Below the pieces are notes generated by a model, which was given only the letters and a program-made list of their open reading frames with translations, was not told where the DNA came from and did no database searches. Below, one piece after another: positions 36,901-51,300 of a DNA stretch of 64,000 bases (positions within the stretch are counted from its first letter, which is position 1; every line of letters starts with the position of its first letter). The translations under genes and the position numbers were made by a program. The stretch comes from Antedon mediterranea (Eukaryota; Animalia; Echinodermata). Location of the stretch: contig NC_092672.1 of assembly GCF_964355755.1 (NCBI RefSeq), positions 7,564,001-7,628,000 on the forward strand, written 5' to 3'.

Positions 36901-39900
36901 ACATGGTATGAGGAGAATAATAGAATTGTCTTTTGGAATAACCCAACTAGTAGTATTTTGTTACATTTTACATATATCTGAAGGGATGCCATTTTAAACG
37001 AAATTATATTTACCACCGGGTTTTTCTGAATCAGTCGAACAGATCGTCATAATATTCGTTGAATTGGTAGTAGATATACCAATACCAGTGGTAGTAAGAT
37101 CATTAGTAAGACTATGCATATCAGGTATGTTTGTTGCACTGGTAGTTTCTTGACTTGTACTTTCTGGACTTGTGCATTCTGGACGTGTAGTTTCTGAACT
37201 AGTAGTTTCTGGACTAGTAGTTTCTGGACTTGTAGTTTCTGGACCGGTAGTTTCTGGACCGGTAGTTTCTGGACTTGTAGTTTCTGGACCGGTAGTTTCT
37301 GGACCGGTAGTTTCTGGACCGGTAGTTTCTGGACTGGTAGTTTCTATACTTGTAGTTTCTGGACTGGTAGTTTCTGGATTGGTTTTTCTGACTGTTGTGG
37401 TAGGTATCGTGGCACTCCTTCTATCTAAAAACGTACGGTAAACATTTATTTCTATTTTACATAAAAAAAAGGCAAACATCTCCGATGAAGGAACAAGAAA
37501 TTAAACGATTTCTTAAACACATGGACACCCACGTCATATTTACGTAATTTGTGTGCAGAAAAATGGTAATAAATAATCTGAATGATCTATACTTTCAGAT
37601 TTGGAAGAGAATATGTAAAACAGAAGAGGTTTTGATGTGACAGTATGGTATACACCAGTGGAAAGGGTAGGACAAAATAAGTGAATAATCAATAGTGGTG
37701 GATGGTGATGTGGTAATCTCTGAACATTGAAAGGAAGGTAACTGAGTGAGTACATAAAACACTTTTTATATTTTCTAATTTGGATTATTTTTTTCTTCAA
37801 TTGTTTAAAAAGATATAATATGATCAAGTTCAAATTAAAGATTTACCCATTTTTGATTTCAATTACGTCACCTGCAACTCAAGAATAAATAATCCCAAAA
37901 CACTCACTGGAGTTTGTTTTTGATATCATACACTTCTATGTATTGCATACCCTCAAATCAATTCTATTTTGTATCAAACAAATTGTGGTTTTTAGTATCA
38001 AAAATAAAATTTGGTTCATCTTACCGTTATACACAACAACGTTAGCTGAGAATCCTCTGTATTGTGAACTACCGTCGGTTCGAAACATAACAACCAACGA
38101 GTTGTTTGAAGACAGTATCACCGGTGGTAATACAAATCCTGTGTACTTCACAATTCTGTCTTCATCTTGAATAGAAACATAATCGCTGTCTTGTTCAAGT
38201 TGGAAATCGGTAAATGTAAGTAACAGCAAATATCCAGGATATGTATGTAACGTCCAGTTGTAACTGACGGATTTCGGATAATCGTTTGGGTAATTTGGCG
38301 ATGTAATATTCTTGGACTGGTCTGGATATATAAAGTACTCATTGAATACCTTTGTATCTTCAAAGAAAATACAAAGTTACAATTATTAGTTAGAGACACA
38401 ATTAATCAAAAAACAAAATTAAATACATTATAAACGATAGAAAAAATAGGTGTGGTACGCCGTAACGTTTGTCTAAAATAACAACTTACCGCCAAATTCA
38501 GGTACAAAATGAAAGATTAGAAGCAAGAATAAAAGAATAGTTTCCATGGTAACACACATACAAGCGAAGAATACAATGATCGTACAATATAATAATTTAA
38601 TGCGTGTTGTTTCACAGAAAACATGCAACTGACTGAACCTAAGATCTGTCCATTTTAATTACCTTTCTATATTAATATTGTACCAATTGTTTTTCTAATT
38701 AAACACAACAACTTTTACATTCATATCAGTATGAGCATGAAGTATCCTTGCATCAGTATGGATTGTACCAAAGGTTGCTTATTAATTGTCGTAATGCATA
38801 AGTCCATGCCTAGTGTTACTAAGGACAGAAATGAAACTTTTCAATGAGTAAACACGATTCAAGTATGTATCCATTGTGTCGGTTGGATCGGAGTTCAATA
38901 AGCCTAATGTACGTCAAGTATTCATCAATTAAGCTGACTACTTTTAAAAGACTCGAATTGAAAATATAAGATGTTTCTTAAGTGTGGGTTAACAATTAGA
39001 CGTCAAGTGTTTGATTTCGATGATTCTAAACTATACTAAACGATTAAATACAATCCATACTATTCTGTAAGGTTGGTTCTCACAAGTGATTATTCGAACA
39101 GTCGCTTGTGATTGGTTAACATACTTACGTTGCGTCTACGTCATTGCGTTACGTCACTAGTGAGAACCAAGTATAAAGAAGTGTTTGGGTACATATTGTA
39201 TTTAATCGTTACAGTATAGATTAGAATCGTCATCGCATGTATTTAATCATAATTATAGCTACTCGGTATGGATTGCACTAATAATAATATTATTAATTAG
39301 AGGTGCTTTAGTTAAAAAATAATTTAAAGCTACAATATTTTACTTAAACATTGGGATCAGAGAAATTAGAACCCAACTCATTGCATAGTATTATAGTAAT
39401 ACCATAAAACCCCCGATCCCTTGGTGCACCTCTATCCAAGGGACACATTTCAATGATCTGCGTCATGGTAAATCCCTAAAAGACTACGGCCAATCCTTTT
39501 TCAGGACACCTCTATTAAGGGACTCTTTGTTGGGTCTCGAAAGTGGACGCCTAGCTTGTTGATGACATTATATGAAATAAAATGATTCATGTATCTATTT
39601 TAAATAAGATTGTAATTCTACCAAGCGCATAAAGCAATATCAATTCTATTTCACTTGTATCTTGATCGCCTTCATAATGTACTGTACGTCCTTCGTGTGC
39701 GGGAACGGGGAATTGGTCTTAAACTATAGAGGATCTGAATGATATATAATCGATTAATTTGTTTTAAATCACACATATTTACCTTCAATACAATCAACTT
39801 CACTGATGTAAACATTATCAATAGCTATGCGTCCTATATTACCCAGGTGTCCCGTAGTGTATCCACGAAAAATCACATAGTCTGGAGTATAATTAGCATA

Positions 39901-41089
39901 AAGAATAGCAGTAGCAAGTGTCCATTTATTGTTCCCTGTAGCATAAATATTATTCAAAATCTTGTAAGACGTTGGACCAATGTAATGTTTTACAACTAGT
40001 CGCTGCTTAGGACTTGAACCGCTCATGTAATAATAAAACTGAACATACACACATCTCCAACTTGGTGGTAACTCTGGACTTTGGATAGCCGCAATATGTT
40101 CAAGTCCGTTAGAAGATTTAACAGAAATGTAGTAATTGTCTGTGAAAAAAACAACAAAATATTCACGGGAGCGCTAACATAAAATATCAGTGGGTATATA
40201 TTAACGATTGACCTGGCATAAATTTAAACATAAAGCCCTGTCTGCGCTACCAAACTGACAAAACAAAGGGTGATATATGCCCATGGTAGTGATATGACAT
40301 CATCATTTCCATGGGCACATCACATTTTATTGTCATATGACAATAGAATATGATGTGCCCATATATAAACATTTATATAAAGTTTGATATTGTAGACAGA
40401 GCTTTAATAATGTGAATGAAAATAATAACAATTATTCAGAGGTTATTTAGACACTAATGATATGCATTGTGTAAGACTGTGTATGCATTTTATATGAAAA
40501 CACATACAGGAAACGCCCACCAAAGAGAACAGGTGCTAAGATGCCATTAGTCTCTTAGTTAAGTTCCCTGTCAATTTTGTTCTTATTAATTATGCATTTT
40601 TGCATTGTTTTTAAAAAACATTAATTTACATTGATGAATGAAATAAAAAAATACGTGTACTTATTTGATGAGGTGGGGAAGGAGTTATTGTAAGCGGTTG
40701 TTGGTACGAACATTTTCTTACCAGTTTCAACTGGTTTGCCTGTGTATGGATCAATATTGTTTTCTTCCATGGAGCGTTTCCAAGGCTCTAATTGAATTCT
40801 ATTAACCCATCCATCAAAATCGTCTTCAAAGTCAGAACAAAAGCCTGCAATTTCTGGAATGTAAAAATTACTAACAATTTCAGGGTTGAATCTATAATTA
40901 TATTTATATTTTATATAAGTATATAATTTGAGAACATCCGTAAGTAATTTTCTGGTGGGACTCGAATCCTCACAGATCACTATCTTTCGTACATCTCAAG
41001 ACCTTAGAGCCTTCGCCGATTGTTAGTATAGGATCGATCGATCGAGTTAAAGAAAGTAGCGAAGGTATGATAATTGTATAACCAATATT

Positions 41090-41120
<31 letters not shown>

Positions 41121-42349
41121 TTTAGTTCAAGAGATGGGTATAAGAGATAAACTGTTTATCAAAAATGTAATTACTCAGTCGTCATTAATTTAGATGTAAT
41201 TGTTATTTAGATTTTATTTTTGTTCGAACTGGTAATAGTATTTGCAAATTCTCACAGAATATTAGTTATATATTTCGACACTCAGGCGACTAGACAACTT
41301 TACTGAACTGAACTTTATTGTATGTCTATCAGAGAACAGTCTCAATGAAACGTGCAACAACTACAGTAAAATGTTGCAGTCTCGAAAATACATTAAATTG
41401 GATATGTTCAACTTACCGTTAGTTAGATACACAATGACGTAAGCTGAGAATCCTCTGTATTGTGAATTGCCGTCGGTTCGCAATTTAACAACCAACGAGT
41501 TGTTCGAAGACAGTATCACCGGTGGTAATTCAAAGCCCGTGTAGTCCACGATTCTGTGTCGATCCTGAATGAAAACATAATCGTTGTCTTGTTCAAGTTG
41601 GAAATCGGTAAATGTAAGTAACAGCAAATAGCCAGGATATGTATGTAACGTCCAGTCGTAGCTCACGGATTTCGGATAATCGTTCGGGTAATTTGGCGAT
41701 GTAATATTCTTAGACTGGTCTGGACATATAAAGTACTCGTTGAATACCTTTGTATCTTTAAAGAATAATACATTTTAAATTAGATACAATTAATGAAAAA
41801 AAAAAAATAATAAATAAATGAATAAATAAAGTAACGTTAGTCTAAAATCAGATATAACGCTGTAATTAATAACGTTATTTCAACTTTATATATTAACAAC
41901 TTTCTATAATTCCTTTTATTGTATCTTTAGTCACTGTGATCGTTTTAGAGTTTCGGTTCGATTTCAACGGAAACCGTTTGTGTCGCATAGAGTGATATGT
42001 AGGCACATTCGTCAGATGGACCAAGGCAATAACAACAGGATGCTGAGCTTTGAGAATCAAGGGTTTATCTGTGGCTGCGACACGATCAGTTCCACGCTCC
42101 TAATCAGACAATGCGGAGAATATAATACAATACTCTTGTTATTTTCCGCAGCTGCTAGACACAAGATCAAAGGACTGTTACCTGTTCTTGGCAAGTGTCC
42201 TGTAGTTAGATTTAGTTGCATGGACGATGTCTACCACTCTTAATATGATAATCGTAACATCGTAATAACAACTTACCACTAAATGCAGGTACAAAATGAA
42301 AGGGTAAAAACAAGAACAAAAGAATCATTTCCAACAGAATAATGTCCAT
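30901..42349 (-). CDS. Adhesion GPCR gene A (SP-CUB-MAM-[SP]-CUB-mucin-short GAIN/GPS-7TM)
   Basis: Exons (minus): SP 42277-42349, CUB 41417-41755, MAM 40722-40853 + 39783-40139, second SP 38490-38547, CUB 38025-38357, S/T 37014-37424, GAIN 36541-36648, 36246-36315, 35830-35935, 35381-35454, GPS 34813-34915 (WSTEGC..CNCTHMTSFVVLM), 7TM 34592-34689, 34165-34270, 33618-33838, 33418-33481, 32723-32823, 31756-31924 (NSLQGFFI), tail 30901-31014 (ends IIIEDL-TGA). All GT-AG and phase-consistent. Confidence 0.88.
35008..35223. repeat. 23-bp minisatellite (ATAATCATATCGTTACTATTATT) x ~9
   Basis: Perfect tandem copies in an intron of gene A. Confidence 0.95.
37140..37385 (-). repeat. 15-bp coding tandem repeat (PETTS/PETTG) in the mucin stalk of gene A
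   Basis: (GTAGTTTCTGGACCG/CTA)n on + strand, about 16 units, in frame. Confidence 0.9.
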
Positions 42350-45300
42350 GTAACAAACAAACAAGCGAAGATAAAATGACTGCACACTACGGATAATGTT
42401 TGTCGTTTCACAGAAAAGAAGCAACTAACTGAACCGAAGATCTGTTAAATTACCCTTCTCTGTTGATATTGTTTCCATTATTAAACACAAAAATCTTTAA
42501 TTCATGAAAATATCACTGCAACATTAGTATGAATTGTACCAAAAATTACTTATTAATTGTCGAAAGGCATTAGTCCATGCCCAGTGTTACTAAGGACAGA
42601 AATTAAACTTTTCAACGAGTAAACACGATTCAAGTATGTATCAATATATTGTGTCGGTTTGATCGGAGTCCAATAAGCCTAATGTATGCCAAGTATTCAT
42701 CAATTAAGCTAAATACTTTTTTAAAGACTTGAATTGAAAATATAAGATGTTTCTTAAGTGTAGGTTAACAATTAGACTGGATTTGAGTTTTATGAGTCTT
42801 ACAATCGGTTCCCAATAGCGACGCATAGTTATGTCAAAGGTAAAAAAATGGAAATTTCGTTCATGTTTAAAAAAAAATGTTAAAAAATTGTAAATATAAA
42901 TATATATTTTTTGAACATTTGACACCAACTATAGCTGTCTACGACAAGCGGTACCAATTTTTAAAAAATCGGCGGCCATCTTTTTTTAACGTCAAATTGT
43001 GAACCTTTGCGGTAGTCCGAATTTAGTAAACTTTTGATATATGCTTTTGAGACCATATTTTATTGTAATACATCAAAAAACATTTTTTTTTGCAGTTTTT
43101 TGGAGGTTAGGCCCTTTACTTTCATATTTTGACTACAAGCTTAAAGAAGGATACGGATACATATTGTATTCAATTGTTATAGTTACTCAGTATGGAATCA
43201 ATTACAGGTGTATCTTAATAATTAAGCTACACCATTATAGTTAAAAATAGGAGTGATTCAACAATTAGAACAAAATCATTGATATCAACAATACAGTAAA
43301 CCCTCCTTTGGACACCCTTAGTATCTTACTTAGTTAGACTTACATAACCTTGCACAACATTCTGATCTTGTTGACATCTATATATAAATTATGGTTAATT
43401 CTGACATAGGCGAGCACAATGGAAAAACTTCAGATACCTATCTTATCTATCTCAGATGTACCGCGAAACGTAGATTTAATAACATTAGTTTCCACTATTA
43501 CGATTGTTCTATATTTCTATCTTAGGAAGATATTAGTTTTATAACAAACTTTATTTCATCGGTAGATTTTTAACTCTACGCGCGGTAGAAGTAATATCCG
43601 GGTTCACGGTAAGGTTTGTCAATAACCTTGCAACTTCCTGCATGGTTGGTTTCAACTAAGTTGGCCGTTGGTGGCGAAAGCCATTTTAGTTTTTTATTTA
43701 TTTTCGGACTGCGCGTGTGAATTAAATTAAATATATTCATGAAACATAGGAGTATATTGTGGGGAATAAGTGTATAAAATTACATTGAGAGAACTGATGA
43801 TAAGAGGTTTTGTTTGAAATCGAATGAAACCCCGATAGCCGAATTTTTAGTAAGCTGCCAGGACTTTATGTACAGTACACTGTGTGCTATCTGTGTACCG
43901 TTATGACCCTGGGATACTTCTGCCCATGTTGCAATCCGTCTAAAACGTCTTCCTTCTTAGGCCAAAACGGCTCACTGTATCGCAGAATAATGTATTAATT
44001 ATACCAATTAGATGGTATTTATTTTAAGAAATGCCCGGAACACCTCCCCAATAAAACATCAATTAGTAATTCCCGCCCTTTATAATTACCGTACCTTTAG
44101 TTTTTAGAAGTATGAATACGGTACCGTATCTTTAGCCATAACGTTAAATATTATGCAAATGTTTATCCAATTTATCTAATTTATATGTCTATGGTTTATC
44201 CAATCGCGTTTTAAATCAGTTGTTTCCACAATTTCTTATCATTAATATTGATATTCCAATACCTACCGTATACTAAGCTTATTGTACAATAATGCATCGA
44301 ACAATGATCCGGTCGGCCTGTATTCTCTACCTATTATGCTTACCTTACCGTCGTCACATAAAACGTATCGTTTCTTAGGTAATCCATTTCTTTATGATGC
44401 AATTAAAACAAATTGGTTAATTTCCACAATTACTTATATCGATATGATACAATCAATGTATGAACACATATTTGATAAATCTACTTGATCTCTTTACATG
44501 CAATACACATTGTAGATTCTCAAAACAACAACAATTGGCAACAACTAATTTGTCTGAGCAGTTGTTATGTAACCTAATTTGCATGTTAGTGTGTGTACAA
44601 GAACGGATGATATTATTATTATTATTCCAAAGTACATTTTTATGAATTAATTTAATGTTAAGACCGCAAATAGTTGTTTTAAAAACAGTCAATTCATTTA
44701 TCCATTATTAAATCATTGTGTACAAAGTTCAGGCGATCGAAAAATGATCATTAAATTGATTTAATAATTTACAAGTTGAGGAAAAACACATTTTATGACC
44801 GTAATTAAATATCGTGTTTATGGCGCTGTTTCAAGTATGCCTACATATTAAAGTCATAAAACAATTTTTACACAGACTTACTTATTGTATTGAATATTAT
44901 ACCGAATTAGTAATTTATTTGGCCTACAATGTCTGAAAATTACGTTTACAGAAACTCCTTGGTGAAACTTTGATGTAGTACGGTTGGACTAAACTATTCC
45001 ATATATCCTCAATTTTAATAATGTTTAAACACATTCTTAAATATGAATTTAATTGTAACACAATAATTATACAAAACAGTATACAGTAATAACTAATAAT
45101 TGATGCCTCGATTAGCGGCATTTTCTAAGCATATATAACTCTTAATATTATCTGCCCCAAAATCGTTAATGAATTAATATTAATATTTGAATTTACTAAT
45201 TAAAATTAGGCCTATGCAATACATAAGAAATCTCAAGTACGTAAAATATAAACTTCAGTGGAATAAAGCTGTGCCTGGCCTGCCTTTGCGCTGCGGTCTA

Positions 45301-45354
45301 GCATGCATTTGCTACCTATCTAGTAAGGTTCTTCAGTGGTGGTTTGCTGCCTGC

Positions 45355-48300
45355 CTAGTCACTTTCTATCGGAGGCATGGTGGGATCTTCCTGTTCAATA
45401 ATCGCATTGCTTATTGGTCGGTGGTAGGATGGGTCGTCAGTCTTATCAGGCACTTTAGTGGTCTGATCTGTCATAGTAAACGCGGTATCTGGATGGGTAC
45501 GGTTAGCCGACTTCTTCTTGCATGCATATTGAACCTATAGTTAATGAACATATTATTATACAAAATTATTTACTATTTAACCATAGTGTATCATTTAGTT
45601 TAATCACTGTCCAACAATACAAATGAAAGAAACATTTCGAAAGTTATGAATTACAAGCCTCCTCAAAATTGTGTTGCTGTAACTTTGTTTTCACTAAGTG
45701 TTAACAGATATTAATATTAAGCGCTCAGAAATGCAGACAGTGACAGAGAGCATGCTACTAATAGTTGATCCATATTGACGATACAGATAAATAGAGATTG
45801 TAATAAGCTTTTGTGACATCACCAATATATCGATTTTTCTGAAAATCAATATACATGGTCTGTTGGTACAGTATGTAGCTGAAACAACAAGTCTGGACGA
45901 TAACTTTTACTTTTTAAACAAATTTACATACATAATAAAACAATTATAAATGAATTATAATTTAAAGTATACGTGTGAAGTACTGTACCTCATTACTGAA
46001 GACACACTGAGACAGCCAGATGAAGAAACCTTGCAATGAATTCATGATGACAAATGTGTATTCCATGACTTTGGAACTACTGAAGATGATGATGATACCA
46101 AAAATCCATGGTAGTCCAACTACAGGTGCAAGGAGAATTATTCCGTAAGCCAATGACCTTAAATAAAAACAGAAACAGGATTGTTATTATTATTACGTAT
46201 ATAAATATACACCTAAAAGAGAGGTTGTAAGTTGGAACCAGACCTTCTTAATTTGTATACCCCTCTCAATATGACCCAGATAATTAGACAGTGTGACATC
46301 CACCTTTTTCTGTTGCAGGCTTACGCTCTCTTATGAATATGTAGGCCTATTATGCATATGTAGGACTCGTATGTACGTTTTAAGGCCTAATAATCTCTCA
46401 GTCTCTTATTTTGTAATATTTCTTCTCTGTATAATATTGTATTATTTTTGATATTGGTAATAATGACTCATCATCATCACATACCTGATACGTTTGTTTG
46501 TATTCTTGTCCTCTGCGGATTGTTGTGGAAGTCGAGTTTTCGTGAATGCTATGTACCCGATGACAACAATTTGTACAATGATAATCTACACAAAAAAGAC
46601 ATATTTTCCTAAGATAGCGTATTGTAGTAGATTGTTATGACATGATGACACAACATAATGAGGGTAGTTCAGTTTTCTACTTTTCGTGTTTGTATTGTAA
46701 TAATGATGGAGATGTAGCATGGGGAATGGAAGTGAGACTTACAGGGAATCGGTTAATAGAATAGAATAAGCAGGCAGAAAAATGCAGCATCACTTAAAGG
46801 GACACAACATACACACTGTTGCTTACCACAAGTGCAATAGTCATTGGTATGATAAAAGTCCAGATTGCAAAGCCCATATTCAACCAGCACCTATAAATTA
46901 AAATAATACAAGATGGTATTTAAGAATAAAGATTATTTATGCATTTGATCGTTTTCCAGATACCATAACAAACTGGTAATACAAGAAAACAGTAAATAAG
47001 AGTAAAGGGTATTTGTAATTTGGAGGATTGGATCGACTTGGTAATATACAATGCAACACAAGATTTTAAAAAGCATGTTGAGTACGCTGATTCACCGTAT
47101 ACAAGAAAATAGAATATATATTACACATCTTCGGATACGTATTTATCCCTCGTACATCCAGCCGTCACGACCACTATTATGATAGGAACTATCCAGCCAA
47201 GATAACGACTAAATAAAAAGCGTCGTTCGTGGTTAACAAACGGATGTTTGATCTTCATGTACACGTCTGTAGACACAATTAGCATCCATGCAAAGGCGGT
47301 TAAAAGACTGTAATGTAAGCAACCAGCAATGACAGCACACACAATCTGAAAAAAAATGTAAGGATGATGATGAATTTACAGCAGATGGATAATTCTCGAC
47401 TATGGTGGATTCATGAGGAATTTCAAGGTCATTGACTAGTCTGAGGAGTGGTGGGGTGTAGAGGTGGAATTAAGAGTTCCTCCTCTGGCTACAGTTCCAC
47501 ATCTTCCAGAGTTCCGCGTCGCTAAGATATGCACCTCCCCATGCATGTTTAAGTCTCAATATCATGTGTTTGTTTACGGTGGAGAAAGTTGAAGAACTAA
47601 GAGGAAAAGCATGTAATGCAACACCTTATTAACTGTTTTCCTATCTTTGAACAGCATTTAAACAAACATACCTCGTTTTTAACATTCAAACCTAGGAAGG
47701 CATAGAAGAAATTGACGATAAGTAGAGCAACCACCAGATGACACAGGATTTTATGCCGCTCAGAATTTCTTAAATTTCTGAAAGTAATTTTAAAATACAA
47801 TGTTTAGCATGTACTATTTTGTCATACGCTTGTTTGAGATATTAGAGAGGTTTCGCAATCTTACGAATACGATAACGAAAACGGATACGTCACATATTTG
47901 TGAAACTTTTGAGCTGATCCCCATTTCATATTCGTAAAGCGTATTTTTTGTGTAGTTGACGAATATCACCAGTCATATTCGTAACTACAAAACGAGTATA
48001 GTTTTTGATCTATTTTGCACATTTTGCATTTGAATCAGGAATGATTCATGATTATAATATAATTATACTTTTATTGAAAGTAATTTACTAAAGTAATTTA
48101 CTAAAATGCCAGGTAAATTTTGATAAATAGCAATTTTAAAGTCTTCACTCGCTTTGATTTCACGCTAGGCCTAGGCAGCCAAGCACCAAGCAACACGTAC
48201 CTGCGCTTCCCTCACATTTACCGCAGTCATATTTTGGGAGGCGCCCTCAATATTTCGTTGCCATGCGACACAGATTTTTACTGGCTTACGAAAAACGAAT

Positions 48301-51300
48301 ACGTGTGCGTGACGTATCCGTTTTTGTTATCCTATTCGTAAGATTGCGAAACCTCCCTATTAATGGAAACCAATAAAAGTATTACACACAAAGGAAGTCA
48401 CTTTGCTAATTATGAGGCTATACTGAAATGTTACAAACAAAGTTTTAGCAAAACCGACTTACATAGCACTAAAAATAAAGAACTATAAAATGTATAACAT
48501 AATTTTAACATTAACATCATAAAGAGTAAAGAGTTTGTAAAAGTGAAATAAACGTTTTAATGAAAAAAACTAACATGTTGTTAGTTATGACTTTGTGTCT
48601 TACATAATCTATGAATAACTTACTTGAAACTGTATACAGTAATCAGGATAATTACAAGAAACAAACTGGAAATACCAAGTCCAACGTTAGTAATTATTGA
48701 TAAACTCTTGTCATTAATATTTGACTACAAAAACATAAAAATAGAAATTACAATAAATATAACTACCTAACTACATACTTACATACAGCAACAGTAATTA
48801 ACAATACCACGCACATCTTCGTATTTTCATAATACTCAACAGTATTCAATATTAAAACATATTAGCAACTATTAGTGAACATTATTTAAACATACTCTGT
48901 TTATTTCTAAGATACTACTTGTTTTTACAAGAGTATTCTTAAAACGTAGAGTAAATTGTCGATTTACTAACAGAGACTGCGTTGGGTATATAATCATCAT
49001 AAACCAAGAATAATATTTCAATCTTCCCTGATTTCGATTTATATAAAACTGAATTTTTTACCTGTGTCGGTTTCAACAAAACGACAAATGACGTCAAGTG
49101 TGTACAATTGCATATCACGCCGTTGGTACGGTTGTTATATCTTAGAGTAGAACAACCTTCTGTTAACCACATCCTTGACAATTTATTAAAATGTAAAATT
49201 AACAGATTTATACATTACTATAATAATAATAATCATCATCATCAGAGCCATAATTGAAAATGTTCATCAACATTGTTATTGTTATCATCGTAATCATGAA
49301 GCATAACCATAATTATTCTTTAGACACCTCTTATAATAGCTTGTTAGGACGTATAAAAAGATTAGATCAATTACAGGTGACGGCTCATCCAAACTCGTCC
49401 GAGTCATCACTTGCCATTGATCAAATCTCCTAAATAAGTGCATACTCACGCCTCTGAAGAAACATTTTTAGTAAAATGGCATTCGGGTTTATATTGTAGA
49501 ACACTCGTAGATTTTTCTATTGTAATATTCTTGATTATGAACATTAAAAACAAAATGTTATTATATAATAACTATACATTTTTAAAGCTCTTTAAGAATT
49601 GTAATCTTAAGTACTATAATACTTTTAACCGATATATCTTACCTGAATAACAGGAAACTTAATCTCTACCTTAATGCTAAGTTTTTCGCCTTTATCATCA
49701 TATACGTCAATAGTGACAATGTCAGATGAACTGAATAGTGTCGTACCGTCCCTTTTGTAATACAAAATTATTTAACATGACATTCATTATAATTAAAATA
49801 GTGATGTAATTAGGCTATAGTTTTAAATCCCAACAAAATCAATAATTCACACTTTAACACTGCAGCAATTAGGGGATGTGTTACTAAAAATAGGTAAGAA
49901 ATAATGTTATTATGTACAGGCCTATTGAATTGAATTAGTATCTGATACCAATTAAGCAGAAGACAAAAGTCTACATTGATTACGAAAACTTAAAAGAAAA
50001 AAATAGAAATGTAACAGTCCAATCATGCTCATGAAAGAGGAAAATGGCATAAAATTGTGGAAAGGGTCATGTTGGAAGACGAGAGGCGGAACTGGTGATG
50101 ATGAATGTACAACGAATGGTTAGGAATAATGGTGCTTAATAACTTACTGATTTTCTACGTTGAAACGAGTACCTGGGTCAACAGTTTCCAACTCTGCAAT
50201 GATTGTGTAGTTTCCATCTATAGATTACAAAGGGTGAAACATATTGCAGAAAAGCAATATTAGTAAAAAAAGATATTCGATTGAGAGAATTTTGAAATGT
50301 ACACGCATTGTTGCAGTGCATCCACAAAGTATGTAATTGCATGTACGTGAAAATCCCACCTTTTTCTATAGGACTGTCAGTTGATGTCGAGAATGTAATG
50401 CTATCTGGTCCTGATGTTAAAGCAATGTTTTCCACTTCTGGTGATGTTGTTATGATAACTGAAAATACACGTAACATGTTATCATAGTAGAACTTGTAAT
50501 TGTATTAAATGCCAAAATAAACAACAATATTAATAAGTACATGTCCTCTTGCCGAAACACTATTTATTTTGCATTAGCTTTTAAATTCTCAATGTCAGTC
50601 AATATTTTCAGAATAATGTTCATAATAGTAGTAGATCATATTTTTGGCAAAAAATCTAAATATTTACCTTTTGTAACCGTAAGGTCAGTGGTGGTAGTAG
50701 TATCGTTTGGATTATTTTTAGTGGAATCAGTAGTAGCTGGATTAGTAGAAATAATATTGGTAGTTCCAGGATTAGTTGAAGTAGTATCTGCAGTCGCAGG
50801 ATTCATAATAGTAGTATCTGTATACCGCCATTAGTAAGAAAGAGAAAAAAACCTTAGTAGAAATATTATCAGTTAAAGCAGAATTTGTAGAAATAAGCCT
50901 AGATTTATCGAGGTTTTTTATACGGTTTGAATTCTTTGAATTTTGTGATGTTTTTTTAAAATCAAACGAAAGACCATATCTTAGATGTTTATTAATATCA
51001 GGATTCAAACATCATGAATCCAGTTTCATCAACCAATATGGTTTCATACAATGATGTTATCATTTGTGAAAGTTTCTTTTTCTTCTTTTGTGTATTTTTA
51101 ACGTTTGAAGGTTTGAGCTTTTGAAATATTCAGTGCAAATGTCCTGATCGGACAGCTTCTTCAGAAGAATAAGTAACTGACTGAATTGAATAACTGCCAA
51201 TGTTAGTTTTTGCTAATATTGTTTTATTTTTGTTTTGGGATTGTCAATATGAATATCTAAAAACCAGATAAACATGTTTAATCATCCTACCTGTGTACAC

